Shown: piece after piece, positions 52,496 to 64,000 of the stretch
Numbering within the stretch: position 1 is the stretch's first letter
How the letters are laid out: each line of letters opens with the position of its first letter
Assembly: GCA_030141605.1 (NCBI GenBank)
Contig: JAQGDQ010000433.1
Location: forward strand, 134,126-198,125
Source of the DNA: Tubiluchus corallicola
Taxonomy: Eukaryota > Animalia > Priapulida
DNA: 64,000 bases
Direction: 5' to 3'
Program-made: the position numbers and the translations under genes
The notes under the pieces: generated by a model
The model's database searches: none
The model's input: only the letters and a program-made list of their open reading frames with translations
Told to the model about the DNA's origin: nothing

Positions 52496-54278
52496 CTGTT
52501 AAAAGGTAAAACGAAAAAAGTTCAGAACAAATTCACATCTTTTTGGCTGACCACGTGACAAGCTTGTCTGGTAAGCCCATCAAATATTGACGTGTCGCCG
52601 TCTTCAAAAGTGTCGCCGTCTTCAAAAGCTAGAAAAATTTTCCAAGTACCGAGGTGCGCCATTCTCCTTTTGAAGTTTTCAAGTGCAAATCATTTTCGCC
52701 AATTTGCGGAAGTATGTTAGCACTTTCGTCCACTCAAATCGACCAAACCACAAGCAAGCTGGAACTCTTTGAAAGCAGAAACTAGGCAAGATTCGTTTAA
52801 CACAAGAAAACCAAAGGTACATGTATAAAGAACAGTGTCTCGTAATAATAACAAACTGTGACTATATTAACGTTACCTGCTTTAATTAAAGGACAAGAAT
52901 ACAGAATTCTTAGTTCTTACATAAAAATCGTTTCGAAATCTTAATTGCATCACATGCATGCTACCGTATTGCATAGAGAGTTTACCTTAGCAGTAACCCT
53001 GTACAAGAGTTGTAAATGCTCCTGCGATGACCATTAGGCGCTGCTATTTTAACGATAGATCATTTTAAGCAAGTTTAACTAACATTGCGTAAAGATTAAA
53101 AAAATTCTATGAGCATTCGTAGCACATTCCTCGCTAATCTAGCAAAAGCATCAATTACATTATATTGTCAATTTGATAAAGAAAATGTTTTTGGTGAGCC
53201 AGTCACGTGTTTGGTTCACACTGGGATAGTGAAAGAGCGGCGTTTGGGACGTATTTGCAAATCCCCTTTTGGTATCCCTATATCAACTACTAAGAACCAT
53301 ATAGTCAAAGAATCATATAATTCATATGAGTTATGTGACATTGTTTGTGTGACTGATTTTCAATTTAAATATAGGAAATAGGAAACGTAGCATCACCTGG
53401 AGTTGTTCAGTTGTGATGTAGTGCACGCGTTAGAGGGCTCATGCGTGAGCACACTAGTAAACTTCGAATTTGAATTTTAAACTCAAATTTTGTCAAACTT
53501 TTGTATATCTCACCGGAAGAAATAATTTAGCAGTACTATAAGTGTTAAAATGTTTACTTTTTACCGTACTTTAAAATGGGGTAGTATATGAAAAATCATC
53601 CTGTTTTTCTTTACGTGTATTGCAACTCAAGGTTTAGCAGCTTTTGCATCTCCAGTTTCCGATACAATTGACAAAACTTATCAAATCCAAGCAATTATAC
53701 AGCCACATGATATTATTCTGTTTGGAATGCACTTAATCCATAAACGAAATGTAGAAATGACTGTTGACACTCTGCCGAAAGAGGGCGCGCTGTATGGAAA
53801 TCTAATTACGTCATGTTTACCCTACGAAGTGGTCGCCTATACACAGACTGTATAATGTAGAAGTATAGTTGCCCACACGATATGTGAATTCGAGCTCGAT
53901 ACGAACTGTTTGTTTATTGCACGGGTTTCAGCACTGAAGTTGTTTGTCTTATACACAATGGCACCAAAGTCTTTGGTGTTTTTATGGACAAAAATCTAAA
54001 ATTTCGTGAATATATTACTACAGTACAGCTCATATACAAACTAGACATAGATGTACTCACATAGATTACCTATAATTACCTATAATCAGGCCTAGGTTAA
54101 TTACCGATTTGGCATATTGCGTAATATTTTTCCAAGGCGGCAAATGTATTTTTGTGGTTATAAGTTTTGGCGATGTTAGTAGCATCGTATTAACTATACA
54201 CGTATTTAACTTTGTATCATTAATGTATGCACGCACGTATACATACATATGTGTGTGTGCGTGCGTGCGTGCGTGTGT

Positions 54279-54316
<38 letters not shown>

Positions 54317-55094
54317 CCTACGCTGTTTTAATATTTTGGGGTGTGAAATATTTAATACATGTTTGCAACAATAAGGCCTACCTAGAAGCCGTCAGATTGA
54401 GGTGTGTAATATGTGCTATTTTAGCCAAGTAATTTGTTTTAGCACGACAGGGCAAATGCTGATTACCGTTCAACAGTTCCGGCAATAACTATAATAATTT
54501 CCGGTAATTCAGATAGTCGTTATTAGCTTATATATTGAAGTTTTGTAATTTGTAAAAATCTTAATGACATACTCAGACATTATGGATATGAATGTGAGAT
54601 TTTTAACTTTCATGGTGGTTGCTTGTGGGTTAATTCTAGTTAATTTGAATCATTCTTAATGGTGTTTATTACATTACTTTTTTTACCTTGTTGTTATCAT
54701 TTTACATTACTATTGTATGGGCAAAAGCCTGAAATAATAAATACATGAATAAATACTCCGCCCAAAATCATTACACTTATTGTAATTATTCCCAAACGAT
54801 ATGATGTCCAGATGAGGGTTAACTTCAAGGCACAAACTAAATTATTAGCTTCTGCTTCCAATAATGTTTCTTTTAATGTACAGGGTGGTCACAAAAAAGA
54901 AATTAACATATGGTAAAGGCGTGGAGTTTACACAATTTGTATGTAACCTAAACAGGATGAACTAGAAACGTTTTTGCACTTATCCACTAATCTTTGGTAA
55001 GAAAAGTCCAAAAAATAAACATTTAACGTTTGGTATTGTCGTCAAGTCCATAAAAAACGAAAAAAAACAGATATTGGTATAGTTTTATTGCCTG

Positions 55095-55483
55095 AATAAG
55101 CTGTTCACAGCTTCGTCGTGCGCACGCGCAGTTGATGTAAGTCAAATGTTACGTGTACCACAGCAACGCGTCTAAAACTCAAGCGTCACGTGACGTGTGG
55201 GTAAAGCAAAACCGTCTGCCGTATAAGTTTAGTAATTTCAGTTGTTTTACGTGAACTTTACTTAACTATGCATTAGTCTATGCATAGAGTGATTTACTAG
55301 CAGGATCTTGCTTAGAACAAGAAAAAATGAACTAGGCGAGGTTCTAGTTAGCTGTAAAACTGTTACTGTTGCAACAGCATGAGCTGCACGGCGTTGTCAT
55401 GTGTACACAAATGCGTTGTCTGGTACATTTAACCTTTGACCTTTTCACGATCATCATCAATCGCTGAAACTGTGAAGCTTATT
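55095..55483 (+). mobile_element. MITE family B (mirrored at 63180-63568)
   Basis: aataagctgttcacag ... actgtgaagcttatt. Confidence 0.75.
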
Positions 55484-55729
55484 GTTTTTATTGCATTGAT
55501 ATTATCAGGATATTGACAATAAAGCCATTAAATCCTCGATTGAGAAAAGTAATTGAAGTGTCAGAGAAACATTTTAACACTTTTTCTTTAGATTTTTTTG
55601 TGAATGCTTTAATTTAAATTGCGTTAAATCTTCAAATTTTCCATTTTTATGTAAAACTAGGTATAATCCGTAAAACTAAGTAATACATGGCAAAAGATTT
55701 TCATTCCAGGGCGAAGATTTAGCCCTTCC

Positions 55730-56575
55730 AATATTTATGTACCTTTCACAAAACTATAAATTACTTAGCTCCAAAGTACCTGTTTAATATTTTGCCTCCT
55801 CGAGTAAGGGATATTACATTGCATCCAGTTCGTGATAATGAAGATTTTACTAAATTACACCTGACACTCAACTGCTTTTGCTAATTCTTTTTTCTGGCCT
55901 CAGTTAGTGTTGGAATAATTTACCAATTGATATCCGTAACCCTGACTCTTTAAACATCTTAAAATCTCGACTAAAGAATCACATGTGTTTTAATAAGCGG
56001 CCTACTTACTTTTCAAATGGTATTCGAAATTCATATGTACGCCATACTAGAATGAGAGTTGGTTTTTGTCAACTTAATTACGATTTATACCTCAGAAAGT
56101 GTAAAAATTACGACGGGTCGCTAGTATCACCGAATTGTCAATGTGGTTCTACTTATGAAACAGTCGGTCATTACTTAATTAGCTACCATCTTTACCACCA
56201 GGGCAGACTCGACTTATTTACAAATCTGTGCCCCGCTTTTGTCAGCTTTTAACATCAATGTTTACAGTCTTGCAACAAATGAACTTGTACGTTTGTTCCT
56301 GCATGTGAATCATACCCTAGATAATTCTATGAACACTCAAATTTTTGTTTTAATGCAGTCTTTTATTGCAAGCACTAAGTGCTTTAAAAAGTATTAACTT
56401 TGTTATTATTGTTACATAGTAATGTTCATATTTATTGCAACATTTCTTATACATTGTGGTCACCATTGTTCTGCATCTGTCAGGCGTTTCACTCCCACCA
56501 GGGGAGAACATATATCAGTTGTAAAACTGTCTGTTTCAAACCTAGTCTGATATTACATACCTAATTATGTTTAAA
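55730..56575 (+). mobile_element. CR1/L2-group LINE 3' fragment (mirrored at ~62100-62945)
   Basis: RHTRMRVGFCQLNYDL...SPNCQCG..ETVGHYLI; 3' end aattatgtttaaa. Confidence 0.75.
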
Positions 56576-56899
56576 TCAATTATTTCTAACGATTTTTTAA
56601 AAGGGGTTACTTTTGTGTGGTTTTTCTGAACGCGACGGAAGCTGCATAAATAAGCCATTTACGAACAGGAAATGCAAAATGCTTATTCAAGATTGAAAAT
56701 AAACACCTGCAGTGGATTGGAAATCACAACATCACAGTTTACAATAGATTAGCAGTCACACAAAGTGATCATTATGTAACAGTGTGAATACTGGCAGATT
56801 TGTGCACAGATTGCTCTCTACAATGCAAATTAATGCAAAACGATCGTTTAGGTTTTTCCATGTTCGCGTGTCAGCGAACATGAATCGGTCGACATTTGC

Positions 56900-57985
56900 T
56901 TAAAGGAAGACAGGATTATTTTTCATATATTACCCTATTTTCAAATCCGATATTTTCAAATCCGATAAATCCGATAATCCAAACGCGAGCTCAACTATGG
57001 ATGACATCACAAATTAACATAGTTTTCAAAATCAAAAATATTCCATGAACGTGTTACACGTGTTTGTGAAAACGAAAATTGAAGTACAGTGCTACTGTAA
57101 GATATTCAATGTGTTGTACTAATACTGGGCAAGTTTTAAGGTAAAAATTCAAATTTCAATTTTACCGCTGTGCTCACATGAGCTGTCGAGCGTGTGTAGT
57201 TCATCACAAACTAACCCATCTGAACTGAGAGGTACAGCACCTGTATTTTGTGCAATGCGTTGTCGAAATGCAGGCGCTAATGCCCGTCTAACTAGCGAAA
57301 GCGAACTGCATGTAGCATGGAAGAACTAGTGGCGCTAACGTAACGTGAAAGTGAGCTTGTGTGGTAATAATTCTTTCAAGTAAGCCATTCTTGAAAAATA
57401 ATGTTTCCTTTCAATATTTAAAAGAGTAGATTGTTTTGACCTACAGTTTGAGATACTGTTCCGACTGCGCCATTACATGACGTCATATGTGCACAACGTA
57501 AATCAGGGGAAGAAAAGAATGTTAAACTATATCACAAAAACTTTTCATGCAAATTTATATTACTTAGGATTTTGCTTACCTGCTGGAAAGACTTATGTAA
57601 CTAGACTAGTAATTTAAAATGTTTTCGCCAATTAGTAAAATGTCGCTGACTCCAGGGTGCGCCATTCACTACCCAAAAACGTATTTTTAATCTTATTGAC
57701 AAGATACAGTAATTTCAAATTTCACTCTGAGTTTGTGACGCCTATGATACACATGCTCTGATTATTTTTTCAAAATTCACGCAGTGTCATCTAAACTTGT
57801 TTCAAATGACTTGTCGTCAAAATGGCTGCTTCTAACGATCATGGCGGGAGTTTAAATTCACATGTTTTATACAGCGTTACTGCCGATTGAACTCCTGCGT
57901 GTAAAAAGGCAGTATGTAAGTGATATAAAATTTCAAAAAGAATTTTTCAAGCTTTATGTTTATGACGGGTTTTCTTGTCCTTTAA
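56900..57985 (+). mobile_element. Chimeric TTAA element: family A 5' part fused to family D 3' part
   Basis: A terminus ttaaaggaagacagg, switch to D sequence at ~57455, D terminus ttttcttgtcctttaa. Confidence 0.65.
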
Positions 57986-58753
57986 TGCAAAACGATTGTT
58001 TAGATTTTTTCGTGCTCGCGTGACACAGCAAACATGAATCGGTCGACATTTGCTTAAACTGTAAGTAATGATTCTGCGAACGAGTCGTACGATCCGTACA
58101 TTAATAAAGACTGGCGCAGCAACGGCTTGTGGTAATAACAGTATGGATTAGCTTGTCACGCTTTCATAACATAGCAGGAGGGCGGATCCATGATATGATA
58201 ACACGTTCTTGGTTTGTAGGCAAGAGAAGTTTTGTCATGAATATTGGAGAGGTAATGTAAATGTAAATTCTAATGTATACTTTTTACTGTGACTTATATT
58301 TTCAACAGTTTTAAAACTATAAAATTTGTGAACTGTATACGATTTTAGCTTTTTAAAACTGTGCATAATTTTACTATGGATGTATTGCAGTATATTGTGT
58401 TTATTCTATAATTCTTAACTTCACATTTTGATAATAGCATTTCCTATTTTTAAAATTTAATATGGTTAATTTTAGCGTGGATGTATTGTTTTATTAATTT
58501 AACAATACTTTTCCTAAATTCTCATTTTTAGTAATAGTATTTCTTGTTTTCTTTGCTTTAAGTAAGATGCTAATTTTACTGTTGATGTATTGCAATGTTT
58601 TGTGTTTTATAATGTTTTTCTTAATTTCTCGTTTTTCATTCATAATAATATTTTTATTTTTAGTAATTATTAACCATTTTTGGAATGGAGTAAGAGAAGG
58701 CAAGTAATTGAAATGGGAATAGTAATGGTAGTAATAGTAATGGTATTAGGAAA

Positions 58754-59786
58754 ACAGTGAAAACAGTATACGTTTGTTAGAAAATATTCAGCTAACTGCT
58801 GCTAGAATCTATTTTGGCGCTGTTTCGATCTTCCCCTGTAAGTATCTTGTCTGATAGCGGCTTCACTAAATTAGTGACGCGCTTCCATTATCATCACCTA
58901 TGTCTTTTTTTCAAAATAATCAATGACTTAGTGCCCCACTATTTAAGTGCAAATCTGCCGCCAAAGGTAAGCGAAGTTACCCCCTATTATATACGCAGTG
59001 GTACTAAATACAAAATTTTAATTGCCGCTCTGTTAGCTGTGAAAAATCGTTTTTCATGTCGACCATTAACATGTGGAACAACTTACCACAGAACATTCGT
59101 GAAATTACATCCACTTCACGATTCAAACAAGAGCTCAAATCTCATTTAAGTTTTTCGTTGCGTAAGAAACATTTTTCATTTGGTAAACCTCCAATATCAG
59201 TGCATCATACGCGCATGAGAGTCGGATTTTCCCAGCTAAACTATGACCTTTTCTCTAAAGGCTGTAAAGATAATAATGGTCATCCAATATTGCCGAATTG
59301 TAACTGAGGATTTCGATTCGAGTCTGTTGAACACTTTTTGTTGCACTGCCCATTGTATCAACTAGCTAGGGTTGTTATGTTTGATAAATTAAATGAAATA
59401 CTTCTGCCCGAAAACCTCAATATAGCTGCCTTAGGAAATAGTGATCTGTTGAAGTTATTATTCGGAAAAGATGAATTTAACTACGTTGCTAACTGTAAAA
59501 TATTTCAATGTATACATGACTTTATATTACGTACTAAACGCTTCCAGCAGTTTCTATCTGATATAAAATGCATCAGTCTTAAATAATCGTACATTAATAT
59601 TTTCTAACCGTTATTTTCTACTAATGTCTAATGTATTCTTGTAGCAAAACTAGTCAGCTTATGTAGTTATAGTCTATTCTTACTGTAAATGTTCTTGTAA
59701 ATAGTGTATAAAGTCTGTTGTGGTGAGGATCCTAAATCATGTTGTTCAAACTGTCTGATCCAATCCTAAATAAATTATGTTTAAAC
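58754..59786 (+). mobile_element. 5'-truncated CR1/L2-group LINE with 16-bp TSD
   Basis: LFFKIINDLVPHYL...MWNNLP...HHTRMRVGFSQLN...LHCPLY; TSD taatggtattaggaaa at 58738-58753 and 59787-59802. Confidence 0.82.
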
Positions 59787-60249
59787 TAATGGTATTAGGA
59801 AATAGGAAATAGTAATGGTATTAATAGTAATGGAAATAACTTTACGTCTTTACATATCAAAATATATTTCTATTCTATTCTAATATCATTTTGTGCACTC
59901 TTACAGTATTACAATGGCTTCCGAGGCTTCGAAGCGTGTGTAAACTTCAGGGGGTGGTGATATGGCCTTTCGAGAAGTGGTTCGCCATTGCTGCATTGGA
60001 ATGACGGTGTGTTATTTGAATAAATTGCCATAGTAATAGCGAATAATGCTACTAATAACAATTGCGATATTAGCAGATGTCGGCAGTGAATCGTTCGACT
60101 TTGCTAGACGTGGCTTCAGGGGCTTCTTTCATTACAGGGTGCACGTAATCATTCCATAAATTAAAGAAAAGGTCAAGCCTTATAGGAGGTTGGGCTCATT
60201 TCATCGTTAGTGAAAGATGTTTGATGGATTTAGTAATAAAACTGCAATA

Positions 60250-60701
60250 AGCGTCTCGTGTAATTAGTAAAATCACGTTAAAGTCGCGATCACTTCATCC
60301 TTGGACGCTCCCATTTTCAACGTCCATACTTCTTCCAATGACGTCATTCGGCAGGAAGAAAAGTAGCGCACTGTCAGTCTTCGTCAAAAGTATAACAAGT
60401 TTTTACAAAAAACATTGGATAGCTAATTTTGTAACATTTTTGCGTGAACATTAGGTAAGTTGTTTGAATTAGCTTAAGCAGCGCGACCTTGCGGAAAGCC
60501 ACGAAGTCTCTCAGTTACGTCACGATTTTCAAGTGAATGGTGGCAACCACACAGCCTGAAAATTTCTATTAAGAGGCTGTATATTTTGAATTTATGCTTT
60601 ATAGGCAGTTCTTTGCGAATCTCTTTGTTATATTTTTCCGACTTTAGGTGATAACAGTAAAATAAACCCAACACACTGAGTGACTTGTTCTTCCATTTAA
60701 A
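60250..60701 (-). mobile_element. Family E element
   Basis: Reverse complement similar to 2233-2730 and 28646-29105. Confidence 0.6.
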
Positions 60702-60982
60702 GTACTATGAAATAGGATACACTTGCAAGCAAAGGTTATGTATGAAGTCAGCCAATAAAAGTATTGTGAAAAAATGTTCAAAAATATCGATAATGGACAT
60801 TTCGGTAGCATGGACAATTGGACATTTGAGCATTGGACACGTAAATCAGTGAGCAGATGCGGGTGTACTGGACACTGAAAATCTCGAGCACTAAGAAACT
60901 CGGGTAGCAATTTATTATGACATTTGGTTTCATTAAAGGAAAACAGGATGATTCTTCGTACCCCGCCAACTTGAAATACTAT

Positions 60983-63900
60983 AAAAATACGTTTTTGGCT
61001 TAGTGAATGGCGCACCCTGGAAGGTGAATCAGCGAAATTTACCAATTGGCAAAAACACTTTAAATTACTATTCTAGTTAACATAAGTCTTTCCAGCAGGT
61101 AAGCAAAATCCTAACTAATATAAATTTGCACAGAAAATTTTTTGTGACATAATTTAACATTCCTTTTCTTCCCCTGATTTACGTGACATATGACGTCATG
61201 TAATGGCGCAGTCGGAACAGTATCTTAAACTGTAGGTCAAAACAATCTACTCTTTTAAATATTGAAAGAACATTATTTTTCAAGAATGACTTACTTGAAA
61301 GAATTATTACCACACAAGCTCACTTTCACGTTACGTTAGCGCCACTAGTTCTTCCATGCTACATGCAGTTCGCTTTCGCTAGTTAGACGGGCATTAGCGC
61401 CTGCATTTCGACAACGCATTGCACAAAATACAGGTGCTGTACCTCTCAGTTCAGATGGGTTAGTTTGTGATGAACTACACACGCTCGACAGCTCATGTGA
61501 GCACAGCGGTAAAATTGAAATTTGAATTTTTACCTTAAAACTTGCCCAGTATTAGTACAACACATTGAATATCTTACAGTAGCACTGTAATTCAATTTTC
61601 GTTTTCACAAACACGTGTAACACGTTCATGGAAAATTTTTGATTTTGAAAACTATGTTAATTTGTGATGTCATCCATAGTTGAGCTCGCATTTGGATTAT
61701 CGGATTTATCGGATTTGAAAATATCGGATTTGAAAATAGGGTAATATATGAAAAATAATCCTGTCTTCCTTTAAGCAAATGTCGACCGATTCATGTTCGC
61801 TGACACGCGAACATGGAAAAACCTAAACGATCGTTTCGCATTAATTTGCATTGTAGAGAGCAATCTGTGCACAAATCTGCCAGTATTCACACTGTTACAT
61901 AATGATCACTTTGTGTGACTGCTAATCTATTGTAAAATGTGATGTTGTGATTTCCAATCCACTGCAGGTGTTTATTTTCAATCTTGAATAAGCATTTTGC
62001 ATTTCCTGTTCGTAAATGGCTTATTTTTGCAGCTTCCGTCGCGTTCCGAAAAACCACACAAAAGTAACCCCTTTTAAAAAATCGTTAGAAATAATTGATT
62101 TAAACATAATTAGGTATGTAATATCAGACTAGGTTTGAAACAGACAGTTTTACAACTGATATATGTTCTCCCCTGGTGGGAGTGAAACGCCTGACAGATG
62201 CAGAACAATGGTGACCACAATGTGTAAGAAATGTTGCAATAAATATGAACATTACTATGTAACAATAGTAACAAAGTTAATACTTTTTAAAGCACTTAGT
62301 GCTTGCAATAAAAGACTGCATTAAAACAAAAATTTGAGTGTTCATAGAATTATCTAGGGTATGATTCACATGCAGGAACAAACGTACACGTTCATTTGTT
62401 GCAAGACTGTAAACATTGATGTTAAAAGCTGACAAAAGCGGGGCAGAGATTTGTAAATAAGTCGAGTCTGCCCTGGTGGTAAAGATGGCAGCTAATTAAG
62501 TAATGACTATCCGTTTCATAAGTAGAACCACATTGACAATTCGGTGATACTAGCGACCCGTCGTAATTTTTACACTTTCTGAGGTATAAATCGTAATTAA
62601 GTTGACAAAAACCAACTCTCATTCTAGTATGGCGTACAGATGAATTTCGAATACCATTTGAAAAGTAAGTAGGCCGCTTATTAAAACACATGTGATTCTT
62701 TAGTCGAGATTTTAAGATGTTTAAAGAGTCAGGGTTACGGATATCAATTGGTAAATTATTCCAACACTAACTGAGGCCAGAAAAAAGAATTAGCAAAAGC
62801 AGTTGAGTGTCAGGTGTAATTTAGTAAAATCTTCATTATCACGAACTGGATGCAATGTAATATCCCTTACTCGAGGAGGCAAAATATTAAACAGGTACTT
62901 TGGAGCTAAGTAATTTATAGTTTTGTGAAAGGTACATAAATATTGGAAGGGCTAAATCTTCGCCCTGGAATGAAAATCTTTTGCCATGTATTACGGATTA
63001 TACCTAGTTTTACATAAAAATGGAAAATTTGAAGATTTAACGCAATTTAAATTAAAGCATTCACAAAAAATCTAAAGAAAAAGTGTTAAAATGTTTCTCT
63101 GACACTTCAATTACTTTTCTCAATCGAGGATTTAATGGCTTTATTGTCAATATCCTGATAATATCAATGCAATAAAAACAATAAGCTTCACAGTTTCAGC
63201 GATTGATGATGATCGTGAAAAGGTCAAAGGTTAAATGTACCAGACAACGCATTTGTGTACACATGACAACGCCGTGCAGCTCATGCTGTTGCAACAGTAA
63301 CAGTTTTACAGCTAACTAGAACCTCGCCTAGTTCATTTTTCTTGTTCCAAGCAAGATCCTGCTAGTAAATCACTCTATGCACAGACTAATGCATAACAAA
63401 ATAAAGTCCACGAAAAACAACTGAAATTACTAAACTTACAAGGCAAACGGCTTTGCTTTACCCACACAGTCACGTGACGCTTGAGTTTTAGACGCGTTGC
63501 TGTGGTACACGTAACATTTGACTTACATCAACTGCGCGTGCGCACGACGAAGCTGTGAACAGCTTATTCAGGCAATAAAACTATACCAATATCTATTTTT
63601 TTCGTTTTTTATGGACTTGACGACAATACCAAACGTTAAATGTTTATTTTTTGGACTTTTCTTACCAAAGATTAGTGGATAAGTGCAAAAACGTTTCTAG
63701 TTCATCCTGTTTAGGTTACATACAAATTGTGTAAACTCCACGCCTTTACCATATGTTAATTTCTTTTTTGTGACCACCCTGTACATTAAAAGAAACATTA
63801 TTGGAAGCAGAAGCTAATAATTTAGTTTGTGCCTTGAAGTTAACCCTCATCTGGACATCATATCGTTTGGGAATAATTACAATAAGTGTATTTTGTGCGG

Positions 63901-64000
63901 AGTATTTATTCATTTATTTATTATTTCAGGCTTTTGCCCATACAATAGTAATGTAAAATGATAACAACAAGGTAAAAAAAGTAATGTAATAAACACCATT
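60983..64000 (-). repeat. Right arm of large inverted duplication (runs off the window)
   Basis: Near-identical mirrored ORFs at 55983-56252 (+) and 62422-62691 (-); repeat junctions are identical. Confidence 0.95.

Larger units (their letters stand above)
54658..57688 (+). repeat. Left arm of large inverted duplication
   Basis: Reverse complement of ~60983-64000 (anchors 54658/64000, 55095/63568, 56900/61774). Confidence 0.95.

Noticed and set aside
59905-60135. Candidate first RhoGAP exon (MQQWRTTSRK...) in the palindrome spacer
   Set aside because: The strong donor is in phase 2 (phase 0 is needed), the phase-0 donor is weak, and there is no clear family similarity.

Overview
AT-rich animal (invertebrate-like) genomic DNA with spliceosomal genes; no prokaryotic operons or CRISPR. 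Three genes lie on the minus strand. (1) An ARHGAP6-like RhoGAP: nine phase-consistent coding exons reconstructed by hand from 52495 to 13964 (3087 nt, 1028 aa, 5'-partial), ending in a PDZ-type motif ETIV that is tandemly duplicated in frame behind a TAG stop. (2) An intronless LRRC74-like RNI-type LRR gene (39052-40815) nested on the same strand inside a ~16.9 kb RhoGAP intron, with a perfect RFX X-box just upstream. (3) The first coding exon of a TRPC/TRP-gamma-like channel (4393-5376), whose remaining exons appear to lie beyond position 1. Introns are filled with TTAA-flanked non-autonomous DNA elements (Kolobok-like), MITEs, LINE 3' fragments, minisatellites and microsatellites. The right end holds a large, near-identical inverted duplication (arms ~54658-57688 and ~60983-64000+, ~3.3 kb spacer) whose inner breakpoint falls in chimeric TTAA elements. 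Coordinates were read by eye; repeat boundaries are approximate. Family labels A-E are my own.
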